64,000 nucleotides of DNA from Tubulanus polymorphus (taxonomy: Eukaryota > Animalia > Nemertea): contig NC_134028.1 of assembly GCF_964204645.1 (NCBI RefSeq), positions 27,276,345-27,340,344 of the forward strand, in the 5' to 3' direction. Shown in pieces: positions 1 through 12,545 of this stretch; the first letter of the stretch is position 1, and each line of letters opens with the position of its first letter. Made by a program: the position numbers and the translations under genes. Below the pieces are notes generated by a model, which was given only the letters and a program-made list of their open reading frames with translations, was not told where the DNA came from and made no database searches.

Positions 1-1533
1 CTTTTTTGTTGATCTTTGATAACTAATCCGTATATGTGAAACCGTACCCTCGGTAGGATTTGGTTTATGATGCGAGGGTTTCAATCAGATTTAGATACTG
101 CAGTTTCGCACACTGAATAGCGAGTATTTAATACCGTCGAGTACAGTTTCACAGAGAAAGGATGAATCAATATAGGCGGTAAAGTCGAAAAGAGAAGTTT
201 TTTGAGTAAATTATTTCTATGAAACTGAACCCGTGGGATTTACGTGTGACGCACTGAGTGTGTGTGTGAAACTGCTGGCGTCTGTAATCACAACTAAAAC
301 AACACAGAAAATTCATCTTAATTCAAATAAAACAGAACAACAGTTCACACGAAATATTATAGTCACATAATAAAGAAAACCTGTCGATATTTCAACTTTA
401 TGGTTTCATTGATTGAGTGACTTAAAACATGTCCATATTACATCATTATACAATATGTGTATCATACAATTTTTTACAAAACCAGACCAATAAAACTGGG
501 TCGTGGGGTACAAACAATTACAAACTAATGCAACCAGTTATCGCTGCTTTACAGCTACATTTAATCTTCAATTTCAATTTTCACTAAAACCCACTATATA
601 GAAACTTAATAGAAGTAAAAGAGACAACATTTTGGAGTCTCTGTAGAGACCATCATCAAGTCTGAAGAATAACTAAAACAGGGAAAAACAAGTTAATTAG
701 GAAAGTAAAGCGAGTGTTCAGTCTTAAGGTTGAGAGGATTGTTATTTTGTGCGTATAGGTTGTTCTAGTTATTTCTTCATTATACTTTTATTATTTTGAT
801 TCTGATTCTTGATAAATGAATTTTGCCTTTTAAATTTGCATATAGCAGGGTTTAAATTATATATTCTATGCCCGAGTCAGGCTATTATTCTATTAGCAAA
901 AATGACACCACAGCTTTGAGAGACGAATCAGGGGATGACTCTATTGTTTTTATGGATATGTGATACACAGTCTATCAAACCATCATAAACAGAACAACAG
1001 TAGGCTGCCCGTGCCGGTCGGCACAGATAAACAATATTCATTTGGCTCCAGGTAGATGGTTGGTCGCTGTCCCTGTCAAATGGCAAATTGGTCCCGATCC
1101 CCACTTCGTCCTAGAATAGAGAAAATATTACATAGAAAATGTTCGATTGAATTAACAGTTAAGTGGGAATTGTTTTCATGACATAATTCGGTAACTAGAA
1201 TTTATAATCACCTTATAATTCTAGATAATTCAACACCATTATTCAATCTTTGATCACTTTTCAAACTGTTCTATTGGACAAATTTCATGCTGCAAAAAAT
1301 CATTATACTATGAAAATACTAAGTAATGTATTTATAGCAGTCTGAAATTGGGGCTAAATTCTATTAGAAAATCAATCATTTTCAAACTTGTGTTGAGCAG
1401 AATTAAGCAGCAGCAGCTGCAGCAGCATCAGCCGCACTGCTTCCCGGAGAATCACACATAAAAATTCTGTACAGAATAATTAAATGTTAGAATATTATGA
1501 AATTAGAGCACAGTGGAGTGATGAAATACTCAC

Positions 1534-3019
1534 CATTTCTAAACTCATATCAGATAAGTTCAGTGCCATCTAGCAGGATTTCACTTCCAACAGTCATAAT
1601 GTCATGAAGTTAAGAGAACTGATGATTTTCTGAGAAAATAAATTCTTAAAACGATAGCAGCAGCTTCAGCAACTAGAGCTTCTTTACTCTTTGAAGGTGA
1701 ATATTTTTAATTTCTCCAGTTCCAAAAAGTGTTGGGCGTATTGCATTCTGGAAAGAGAAAATTATGCCAGAAAATGGTTAATGAAATAGATAGAAACTGC
1801 AACTTGTTTGTGTTCAATTGACAGAAAACCTACCAGGTTAATGAGTAGTTTATCACAATGTGTCGAGTATATGCAGATTTCTGAGAGGTTTGATGGTAGC
1901 TTTAGACTGCATCCTCTAGTAAAACGTTGATACCTGCCAACATTGACCGATCAAAACATCATTTTCTGGACTTGATTTGAAGATCACCACAAATTACTGC
2001 AATAAATCGATATAAAACTCACCGCTTCTGACTCGTTTGACTTGTGGAGCGCAATGTTAACTGCAAGTTCAGCTTTATTTTAGACCCTAGAATACAACAG
2101 TTGTATAATTTTGATGATTCGAACTTTGACCAGAATAGAAGTGATTGAAAATTCGCCTTCACTGATTAATGTAGCTTCTAATCAGAAAATGAGTTTATAA
2201 ATGTACAGTCAAACAGAGACTAGAATCTGTAGAGATATTTACCGGTACTGTATCGGTTTTGAGGATCTAAAGCGATGTCCATCTTAAACAAATGTGAAGT
2301 GAATTCCCAATGTTTACTGTTCACAGATTCTATCAAGGGTTCCAGTTATTTCAGCTCCTAAATACAAATTTTAGAAATTGTCAGTTAAGTTGTTATGAAA
2401 TAAGAGCAGTTTCACACCAAATCAAACTAAGCCGTGATCTTTGAGTGATTGAATGCTGGAAACATAAACAGATAGAATAATTTATATAGAACAGTTCTCT
2501 AAAAATAATGAATTTCCAAACAGGTTTTACCTGCTGCTGCCGCTGCTGGTGGCGCTGTTGCTGCATGGTGCTAGTACTGCAGGTACTGCCAGTGCTGCTG
2601 CTGCAGCTGCTGGTGGCGCTGTTGCTGCATGGTGCTGGTACTGCGGGTACTGCCATTGCTGCTGTTGCAGCTGCTGGTGGCGCTGTTGCTGCATGGTGCT
2701 GGTACTGCAGGTACTGCCAGTGCTGCTGGTGCTGCTGTTGCTGCATGGTGCTGGTACTGCCAGTGCTGCTGCTGTTGCTGGTGGCGCTGTTGCTGCATGG
2801 TGTTGGCACTGCAGGTACTGCTAGTGCTGCTGTTGCTGCTGCTGCTGCGGTGTGTATCTCATCCTGTAACTGAGAGTAAAACAGTAATTTTTAGTTCAAA
2901 AATAATTCAAAATATCAACAGAGACTGTGAAGAATTCTGTGGGGAAATTCATTAACAGTTTTGTACTTACCTTTAAATGAGCCTGTTTAAATAGTAAATT
3001 CTATTGCATTCATTTCATT
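1534..3019 (-). ncRNA. Putative spliced non-coding transcript, exons 2971-3019, 2531-2843, 1534-1747 (paralogous exons 17000-17048, 16728-16892)
   Basis: Polypyrimidine-CAG acceptors and GTAAGT/GTAAAA/GTGAGT donors on the minus strand; no consistent ORF. Confidence 0.4.
2531..2850. repeat. CTG/CAG-rich 64-bp VNTR (~4.5 units; ~2 units in paralog 16728-16880)
   Basis: ggtggcgctgttgctgcatgg at 2548, 2612, 2676. Confidence 0.9.
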
Positions 3020-3303
3020 CTGAAAAGAAAAAGAAACAATAATCAGTGACAATAGAGCAGAATGTAACATCTCAAATTATCAATCAATCAGACAGAAACA
3101 GTACAGGATTTCTGTAGATTAAACAGCTGTACTTATTTCATACTGATTGTACAGTTACAGATACATGTAACATTGTGTACAGATACAGAGTACAGATCAC
3201 TGCATTACTTCATCCTGTGATTGAACAGTGATTTAATGTTCTTTCATCTTCCTTAGATTCTCATCCGTCTAACTAAAACATCAGAACATTTTAACTCATC
3301 TAA

Positions 3304-3620
3304 CCTCCCGACCCGACCCTCCCAGACCCCTTCCCTCCCGGACTCCTTCCCTCCCGCCCTCCCAAACCCCTTCCCTCCGCCCTCCCTGACCCCTTCCCTC
3401 CCGCCCTCCTGGACCCCTCCCTCAATGCCCTCCCACCTGGCCCTCCCTCAATGCCCTCCCACCTGGCCCACCCTCAATGCCCTCCCACCTGGCCCTCCCT
3501 CAATGCCCTCCCTCAATGCCCTCCCTCAATGCCCTCCCTCAATGCCCTCCCACCTGGCCCACCCTCAATGCCCTCCCACCTGGCCCTCCCTCAATGCCCT
3601 CCCTCAATGCCTCCTCAACT
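3304..3620. repeat. C-rich low-complexity tract plus 13/26-bp CCCTCCCTCAATG minisatellite (related tracts 17335-17655, 20660-20882)
   Basis: Repeated cctcaatgccctcccacctggccc. Confidence 0.9.
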
Positions 3621-4642
3621 CTGTTGTCTCCTCTTCACACACCACACATCTGTACAATAACTACAAAACGATTTGCCATTTTTCACGATCATATCAATTT
3701 CATTTATAAATCAAAATCCTTAATCAATTGCATCATTGATGGGACTCACAGATACTTTCTCTACACATTTTGGAGGCATTCAGATGACCTCAAATGATCA
3801 TATGCCTGGGTTGGTCTTGAAAATCACATGGCTTCATTTTTACAGATGATTTCTTTATCAATTTCATCACATTATTCCTATTATTTCTACTCCCTCTAAT
3901 AAGTATTCACAATATATCTCAGTTTCACGACAAGTTGCAGCAGTCGTCTGTAAACAGATTTCATTTCATCAAATGATGCGAGTTTGAGTTGTAGAGGTTT
4001 CATCTTCTATCGATGAATTATTTGACACTGATTTTCGCGGTTTGAGGAGGGGAAGCCTAGGCTCAACGGAGCCCCGCGACCAGGATTTTAATGGTTCTAT
4101 ATCAACTATATGACCCCTTCTAAATACCCGAGAAGTTTCAGAGCCCTAGGCCACTATTAGGGTCGTGCAGGAAGTTAGAAAAAGGTCGCTTTTCAGGTCT
4201 CAACTTTCGTTCATTTTCGCGAATTATTTGACACTGATTTTCGTGGTTTGAGCAGGAGACGCCTAATTTCTAACAAGTAATGACAATGTTATGAAATTTT
4301 CATGACAGGTAATGACGACGACGCAATTTTATCGACAATGATTCTCTTTAATATTTTTTTTATAACACAATTCGTTTATTTATCCAGTACACGCCGCTTT
4401 ATTGCGTAGCGTTGCAACAGATGTAGATAAATTACCTAAGTTCACAATCCATGAGGGAGATAGAAACATTTTAAATAGTTAATTGTTAATTCTGGGACTG
4501 GGTGTCATCGATACGTGTAATAACGAATGCCGTGTTATGACTTGTCATCGTACAATGTTATGACATTATGACATTGTCATAACAAGTCATAACATTGTCA
4601 TAACAAGTAATGACAATGTTATGAATTAACGACATAGTAAAA

Positions 4643-4768
4643 TTAACAACTAAAAGCCTGCTTAAAAAAGTGTGTTTTCAATGATCTTTTAAAACATTCA
4701 ACTTTTTCAATTGAACTAAGAGAACTTGGTAAAATATTCCACACGTTAGGAGCATTAACTCTAAACCC
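4643..4768 (-). mobile_element. L2/CR1-clade LINE ORF2 C-terminal fragment
   Basis: Translates GFRVNAPNVWNILPSSLSSIEKVECFKRSLKTHFFKQAFSC*, matching the typical AP..WN.LP...FK..LKT.F tail of L2/CR1 ORF2. Confidence 0.8.
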
Positions 4769-5587
4769 AAGATGCCTTCTCAGGGCTTCCATACTTATTC
4801 AAATATTTCAACACCGAAAATTCTGATATTTCACCATACTTCACGCATAGGTTTTTAAACCGAATATATTTTGACAGTTCTGTTTTGCAAGCTCGATCCA
4901 AAACAAACGGGTATCAGTGAAATATAGTACTGAAAAAGTTGAACGAATTCTGGTCACTTTCACTAGCGTTAGGTGGATGAGAAAGGTTTAATTTATTACT
5001 GGCGGCAATCAGGGGTCCGATTAGAAACTGTTATAGTCAGATAATGATAGCGGATATTCTTAGTGAATAGAGTCACCACACCTGACTGGTCAATGTTTAA
5101 CTATGTTCTCAGTTTTAGCATAAATTGCCGTCAAGATCACTTATGATTTCTTTATCCTCTAATTTAATTCTCCACGTTTCAGTGTGGTAGTTATTCCGGT
5201 ATTTACCACCCATCTTACAATTTACTGACGTCGATAAATTTAGACGTTTTGTCAAAACTTTTACCGACGATGTTTAGATTCAGTCGGTGAAAACTCTGTA
5301 TTCTTTCTCAAATATTAAACAAAATCAATTTATCATATATCTGAATTGTATGAATCTTCGGTAGACTCATTTAACATGAATTCAAAAAGGTATTTTATCT
5401 ATAATATTGGCGTCTGATCTTTTCAATTTCTAATTGTTTTTTTCAGAAATCATTCGAATTGGAATCGCATTCAGGATTAATATAAAACGTTTCTGAAACT
5501 GAAGGGTTTAAATTTACTTTAAGGATCCTCACTGAATTCATACACACACACAGGAGTCGCAGAATCTGTAAGGTAGGAATAAATATT

Positions 5588-5712
5588 GATACGATACGAT
5601 ACGATACGATACGATACGATACGATACGATACGATACGATACGATACGATACGATACGATACGATACGATACGATACGATACGATACGATACGATACGAT
5701 ACGATACGATAC
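5588..5712. repeat. (GATAC)25 microsatellite
   Basis: Perfect pentamer run. Confidence 0.98.
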
Positions 5713-5783
5713 TGGTCACCACACCTGACCGGTCACTGGTTAACACAATGACCAGAAAAAATAACAAACTGCGTTAATCGTCA

Positions 5784-5925
5784 CTGGTGTATGGTCTAGT
5801 GGTTAACACGCTCGTCTGGCATGCTGTTGGTCGCAGGTTCGAGTCCTGCTAGGGTTAGGGTTACGGTCGATCTAGGGTTAGGGTTAGTGCCTCAGGTTGG
5901 GGCTAATTTTTGGCCCAGCGAGGTA
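5784..5925 (+). mobile_element. tRNA-derived SINE-like head followed by TTAGGG repeats, copy 1
   Basis: A box TGGTCTAGTGG, B box GGTTCGAGTCC, then ctagggttagggtta twice. Confidence 0.7.
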
Positions 5926-7291
5926 TTTGTAGTACGATGATCATCTGTTTGACTCGGGTTGTTTTTTGGTCAATAGATTCTATACTAACTTATATATTTT
6001 GAACACATATATTTGCTTTATCTAGTGGAGGCCACTTTATTTAAAAGATACTTCGCTCAATACAGTAGTTTATTTCTGAATGAATAAAAGAGTTGGTGAC
6101 ATTATTCAATATATATATATATAAACCACAATATCTACTTTACGGTTGGTATGCAACAATTTCCACTCTTTTCCATAGGTGTCGCTTTGGATAAATGTCT
6201 ATATCTCTTGGCCCAATGGACCGATTACGATTAAACTTGATACACAGGAGCTTAGTAGCACTCGGGGTGGGTGAAATCGCTCTAGGTTGAAGTTACACTG
6301 TCCTAAATTGGGTTGGCGAGCCAGGTGCTATTACCTATTGTTTGGGCCTATTTTGCCTTTGTTGAGGCTATTTCATGATTCCTGTCGTCCCCTAAATGCC
6401 ATTTTGGTGGAAAAAGGGTAATTTATTATTGGCATCGATGGGGTCTTAATAGAGAATTGTTGTTATCAGAAAAATAATAGCGTTTCGACAGTTTACAAAT
6501 AAGATAAACTTTTTCGACTTTTACAGAAGTAAACCGTATGACGTAAACATCAAGCGATTAAAATATTCACTTAAGTTTTATTCAGCAAAAAATCATCGAG
6601 TTTATTTTGTACGTTACAATTAAGTTCTTCAATTAAACAACTTAGTATAAAAAAAATGATGGTTGGATTTATAATTTTCAATATAAATGGCGGAACTTAC
6701 TTTTTACAACATTGAATAATTCGATGGTTTAAAAAATACTAATAGAAAAGGAGAAATGGAAGATGAAATGAAATAATTTTCAGATTGACTAGAGAGATTG
6801 AGATCTTCTGGTGTTCTACATCTTATGTTCAAAATACACGTATTTATTATAGTGGTACCTGGTTTATCGTGGGCTGATTATATGTACAGTCCGTCTGATA
6901 TTCAAAGTTTAACAAAATCTGATAAACACGTAGTCCAAAAACTGGCCCTATAAGTGTCACTTTCGTAATCTTAATTTGCTCTAACTGACATTGAACCACA
7001 TAACTACGTGATAGGGGGAAATGTTCGTATTCTCAAAGCGTGGATTTCCGAACATCATCTACGGTGAATCAAACAGTGAATCAGTCGATACCGTATACAA
7101 ATAGTGAAGATGGAGAAATTCAAATTTGATCAGTGTCATTAATTCAAGTCAATTACAGATAATACAGTCGTCTGTCAACAAAACGGTTACTATTATCAGT
7201 CACCAGCTGTCCTTGTACAACAACGCGCGTCACACATATAGACAATACAGATGTAGAACGATAACCACACTCAAACGTGATGAACGGATAA

Positions 7292-7341
7292 TAAGATAAA
7301 ATCCCACTATTTACAGATTAAAATAGTGGGATTTTATCTTA
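7292..7341. repeat. Perfect 21-bp inverted repeat with 8-nt loop
   Basis: taagataaaatcccactattt / aaatagtgggattttatctta. Confidence 0.85.
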
Positions 7342-8549
7342 ATACAGATGTTTATTACTGTAGAAATTGTTTTTTAATTTCGAGGTTTTACTTGAAAAAG
7401 CCGCCATCTTGATTTTGATCTTTTAAAGAACATTTCACATTTAAAATGTAGTTTTAGATTTAAATAGCTATATCAGGAATAAAACACGTTATTGATAGTT
7501 TATATCATTATGATGATATTTATGTAAAGAAGACAGGTTCTGTTACGGGTGATGAAGCTCTGCAGTTTTACACCCGGAGACGGTTTAGGACGGCGTCCAG
7601 AATAGACTGAACAAGCTCCAGAGTGTGGAAGGTTTTTGTATTGTATCGAGTTTGCCGGGTTTTGATCGTCAGTTTGTACGTAAACATCGACCATGATTAG
7701 TGGAACTCCACGTATTGTATTCTAATTTATATCTTGAGTGTAAAAAAAAAACGTGAAATTTATTTTAGATAAACACAATGTATTTCTCAAGTTGAGTCTG
7801 AACTGTTGGTTTGATCTGAATGCAGTGGAACACGATATCTGAGTGACTGTTAAAACCCTTCCAGGATTGGCACTGTCCCCCAGAGATGATTTTGGTAAAA
7901 CCAGTGTCTCTGGTAAACTTTGCATCATTCAGAATCTACTCAACCAAAATAAATAAACTTGAAACCAAATTTTAGAATCTACTGGGCTTCATTTCTGAAT
8001 GATTGTCGTTTGTTTTGACTGGTGCGTTGTCATGGTGATGGCAAGGTGATATTCTGGATCCGATGTCTGGAAAAATAGTAATTCCTCAAAGCAGAGCCAA
8101 ATTTCATCCTGAAATGAATAACTACGATTATTTTCATCGATATGATAATGAAATGAGTTTATTTGAGCAAAATACTTCATAGATATTCATCACAGAAATA
8201 TAGAATTTGTCGATGTCGGCCGCGCCCCGCTGATAAACTAGGTGAAATACCTATTGTGAGTCACCGATTTAAGTTTTTAAGTTTCTTTGTTTGAAATACC
8301 GGTATTTTATTGGGAATATTTTTCACATAATTCTTCAGTGAACTATTGCACGGAAATCGCAACAAATTCCTAATTTCGTGGTTTTATTTCCCGCAACTAT
8401 CAATTCGGAGCGGCATTTAAAGTCTACCGCGGGCACTATCGTGAACTCTTTAGTTGGTGCCCGGAGCGCTAATACCCCTGAGTCCTAGTCGACCTCGATC
8501 TGCGCGGACTACAGAACTAGCCCTCCCAAGTGGAGTATGTCCCATTTAA

Positions 8550-10130
8550 GAATGATGGCGGACGAATCAATCGTAATTTACACTTGAAATATTTAGAAGC
8601 TTCTCTTTCAACGCAGAAGTGACAGAATGTCTTCAAACCATTTCAACATTGAAATACAGTAAGTAACTTTACTTATGAATCGAATACTTTTGTTGTACGG
8701 TTGAAGGTGATTCGAGATGGAAGGTGTCGGAACACAGGGGCTTGTCACAATGAATTCCGTCACAATTTGATGGACGGATGGATGACACCAGTTGCCAGTA
8801 TCCCTATCTAGGTATGACTGCAGTTTAGGTGTCCCTAATGGTATGTACCTAACCTTACCATAACACTATTCTTTAATAACACTAGCGCCACCCAGTGGAT
8901 AGGTGACCCAAACTGCAGTTAGCCCCCCTATCTATATAAGGATACTGGTGTGGTCCATCCTCAATCAAATGGTGATAAGCTCCTGTGTGTTGGACATAAA
9001 ACCGCCATGTCGAGCTAATGCGTGTAAAACTGTCGGCCGACATTCAAGATTCAATTAGTAAAATGTATATCTAGTGTGGATTGAGGCCTAATATAAACTA
9101 TTATTATCAATACAGATGGAGCATTTGAGCATTTTGACCCCAGTATCCTAGGTACTATATATAAAAAGACTGAGGATACTGGGGTCAAAATCTTTTTGTG
9201 TCAAGTCCCTGTAATTGCTATCAACACAGATGGAGAATTTGACCCCGCGGATACCCTTGATTTTAGAGTGCTTTCTCTGACAGGTTTCTATGTTTATTTC
9301 AGGGTGATGCTCTACTAATTAACTGCAGTCATCAGGAAGTTCAAGAAATAACTGTTTGCAATGAAGTGAACAAGTGATCCCTCGATTCAGGTAGATATAT
9401 CTTAGGCCCTAATCACAGACCTCTAGAAACTAAATAGTTTCAGTGGTGTTTTAAAACCGAGTTAACCAAAATCCAAGCAGGTTTTCAGCGCCGTTCTCAA
9501 ATCATTGATGCCATCATGATTTGAAAGCTTGTCAAAGATTGCGGCTCAATTTACTGTGTTTGGGACTAAACAAAAATTTTGCTGCGATGAAATTTACTGT
9601 GGAAATATCAAACATGTTTGAATGGCGCGATTCACCTGCTGCTGAGCAACGAACATGCTGCAAATTTCGATTCGAAATCTGTAATATGATTCTTATAGTG
9701 TTCCCTGCTCTAAGTCTGAACCAATTTACCGTTAAGTCTTGTATGAAAAAAAGATTGTAACACTGAAAATTCTTGGCACTAAAAACATTTTGAATCTTGT
9801 TGAATCTGTTTTCATTTTTTATCTGATGAAGAAATAATGATTTTCAGTGTTTTGTATTATTTCAGATGTAGGCGTAACGCTAGAGTTTTGTTTATTCTAC
9901 TCAAAAGAAGATGATGTTTAGATCAGGTTTGTTTAGTTACTCTTATTCATGTCGAATATTTGATATGATTTTTGTGAATTGCTCTAATGATGTTATAATG
10001 AACGTTGTTTGATTTTTTTTCAGTCTAATGGAGGAGGATTTCAATAACTGAAACCTGCGACACGTCTACACCTGAAATTGACTGCGCGTCAAATGAATGA
10101 ATTATTGAATCTAAATGACTGTGATGTTTC
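8550..10130 (+). ncRNA. Putative spliced non-coding transcript (donor 8659; exons 9303-9390, 9866-9926, 10024-); paralog 25645-27590
   Basis: tttcAG acceptors and GT donors retained in both paralogs; stop codons in exon frames. Confidence 0.35.
8811..8925. mobile_element. 115-bp MITE with 9-bp TSD (Mutator-like)
   Basis: TSD ccctatcta at 8802-8810 and 8926-8934; imperfect TIRs sharing ACTGCAGTTT; empty site at ~25894-25902. Confidence 0.85.
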
Positions 10131-11804
10131 ATGCTGATTGGAGGATTTGGAGGAATGTCTCAGGTTCGAACCCAATGACTGTGTTGCGATGTCCCAGGTT
10201 CAAACCCAGTGATTCTGATCAGATGATGAACCAAGGTGTCTTATTACTTCACATACATTAGTTACATGTTCGCCACCTCTTGGAATTTTGCTGAACCACT
10301 AAATTACTGGCAAAGCTAATTGCGACGGTTGGCAAAATGAGTTATATATCGCAGGCGCCATCTATCGGAAATTTGAGTTGTGAACTTTTGATCTGAACAC
10401 ATTTTATCACAAAATCTGAGTGACTAAAAGCCCTTCAGGGATAGGACAGTGAAATTAACCATCAGTACTGAAACTCTAACTTTGCATCATTCAAAATCTA
10501 CTCAACCAATATAAACAAACTTTTAACCAAATATAAGAATCTACAGGGCTTCATTTCTGAGTGATTGTTGTTTGTTTTGACTGCTGCGTTATCATGGTGA
10601 TGGCAAGGTGAATTTCTGGATCCGATTTCTGGAAAATTAGTTATTCCTCAAAACAGAGCCAAATTTCAAACTGAAATGAATAACTACACTAATTTTCATT
10701 CATATGATAACAAAATGAATTTATTTGAGCAAAATATTTCATAGAAATATAAAATTAACCTCGAATGATGATACTGGAGGCCGTAATGTTGAGTCCGGGT
10801 GACCCCTAGATAATTCAGACCGCACAGATGATGATGAAAACTGTCATGAAAACTGTGTTCTCCCCTTCTTCAGAATCAAGCTATAAATTAAGAAAAGATA
10901 TTTGCATTATTTACTTAAAAGTGTCATTATTGCTTAGGCTACATTCTGCTTTCATCAATATCAATATCTATAAGCCTATGTGCCCCTAGAGGAACCTTAT
11001 CTATTTTCTGAATTGATAATCAATGGAGTTTCAATGCACCTTATTTCTTATGCATCATCTATGGGAAATATAGAATGAAATTTATTCAATGAATTAAACT
11101 CTGTGTCCGTGATTCGAACCCTGTAACTTGCCATTGGATGTTGAAAGAGAGGATTTTTCCCGGGTTCCAGCGTCCACATATTTGACACCAAATTTCACAA
11201 AATTTTCTTTCCAAACAAAAACTAACTCATTTTTACTATAGAATCAATCTTATATAGGTCTATGTAGTGTTAATGGAAATAAATAGAAATATATTTATAA
11301 ATAGACGATTATTTCTTTATATTATGGTCTGATTGATGGTGCATGGTCTTTTGGTCCCCTTCTTTTCCCTGCTTAGGATAGCGGACACACAGCAGGAAAA
11401 CTGGAATAATCATTTGTCATATCCCAAACACCCCGTCCCCAGACGCGCATCCGCGTGTGGTATAAGTCAAACCTCGGACTACATTAATCGCCACCTGGGT
11501 TCAAGTTGACATGTTTGACTGAGTTTGGACACTTATTCGATCAGTAACTTTGAGCCTTTATTTCGCTTCTCTTGCCCCCATCCCCGACCAGTACATGGCG
11601 CCTAATCGTATATCAAAGGAGTCTCATCTACGAACCTGTTCGTTGTACGTTCGTCGCCCGATAGAATCGAGAGAATTTTGCCCTCCATATGATTTCTACA
11701 TAATGATATGCTGCAGTCACATGTATCATATTTTCTCGTGCGCGACGCCGTCTCTATAATGATATCACAAACATAGACCCGTCCAGTGAGAGGGTAGTCG
11801 CATC

Positions 11805-11860
11805 ATTATAATTATAATTATAATTATAATTATAATTATAATTATAATTATAATTATAAT
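11805..11860. repeat. (ATTATA)n microsatellite
   Basis: Direct reading. Confidence 0.95.
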
Positions 11861-11977
11861 ATATCTTTATTGTCAGAGAATATTCTCGTATGACACATAC
11901 AAATATAAATATAAACGGATACAGTTAGTAATAACTGTACCAACATTAGAGCTTTATATAAGGAGAGTAAATGGTAT

Positions 11978-12154
11978 GATAGAATCTCCCTAATTCCGAT
12001 CATTGGGACCAACAAAATTCATCCGTTTTACGGCAAATCCGGATTAAAAGTCATTTTCGTGTATATTAATGATTAAATTGACTGTAAATATTATCCGGAT
12101 TAGACCAAAATTTGGATTAAGCCGATGCGGATTAAACGATTTAGTTTGACTGTA
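11978..12154. mobile_element. Degenerate pogo/Tc1-mariner-type MITE (paralog ~23065-23239)
   Basis: Internal ccggatta repeats; right end ...gactg|ta; left end eroded. Confidence 0.45.
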
Positions 12155-12406
12155 TTAGCCAATAGAATCAGTCTTGGAATACAGAAAGACGTTCACGATT
12201 GAGTTATGTACAAATACCGATATGAGAAAAGCTTAGATTCACCTCCTAAGCCATCACCCATGGAAATGGCCCCAGGGCACTAAAAAGGCAATTACCAAGA
12301 AACAAACACTGACGCGAGTGTTGGCCTGTTTGATAAACGCAGTAACCCTAGTGTTGGCCTTGTACCACACTGACCACACGTATTCACAAACTAAGTCAGC
12401 CACCAG

Positions 12407-12545
12407 AACTCAGCGGTCTAGTGGTTGGCGTGCTCGGCTGGCATGCTGGAGTTCGCAGGTTCGAGTCCTGCTAGGGTTAGGGTTACGGTCGATCTAGGGT
12501 TAGGGTTAGTGCCTCAGGTTGGGGCTAATTTTTGGCCCAGCGAGG
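12407..12545 (+). mobile_element. tRNA-derived SINE-like head with TTAGGG repeats, copy 2
   Basis: ggtctagtggttggcgtgctcggctggcatgctggagttcgcaggttcgagtcctgctagggttaggg. Confidence 0.7.

Larger units (their letters stand above)
1..4005 (+). repeat. Segmental duplication block A (paralog 14090-18039)
   Basis: Near-identical sequence from cttttttgttgatctttgata to gtagaggtttcatct in both copies. Confidence 0.95.
7880..10150 (+). repeat. Segmental duplication block B (paralog ~24990-27600)
   Basis: Colinear match, differing by MITE insertions at 8811 and 26413. Confidence 0.9.

Noticed and set aside
2393-2955. Overlapping polyQ/polyC/Ala-rich ORFs on both strands
   Set aside because: Produced by the 64-bp CTG/CAG VNTR; frames cycle between units and the length is not conserved in the paralog
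3425-3797. Pro-rich ORFs in three frames
   Set aside because: 13/26-bp C-rich minisatellite lacking stop codons
5519-5777. IRYDT / IVSYR repeat ORFs
   Set aside because: Translation of (GATAC)n
12407-12480. Functional tRNA gene
   Set aside because: Acceptor and anticodon stems are imperfect; better explained as a SINE-like head
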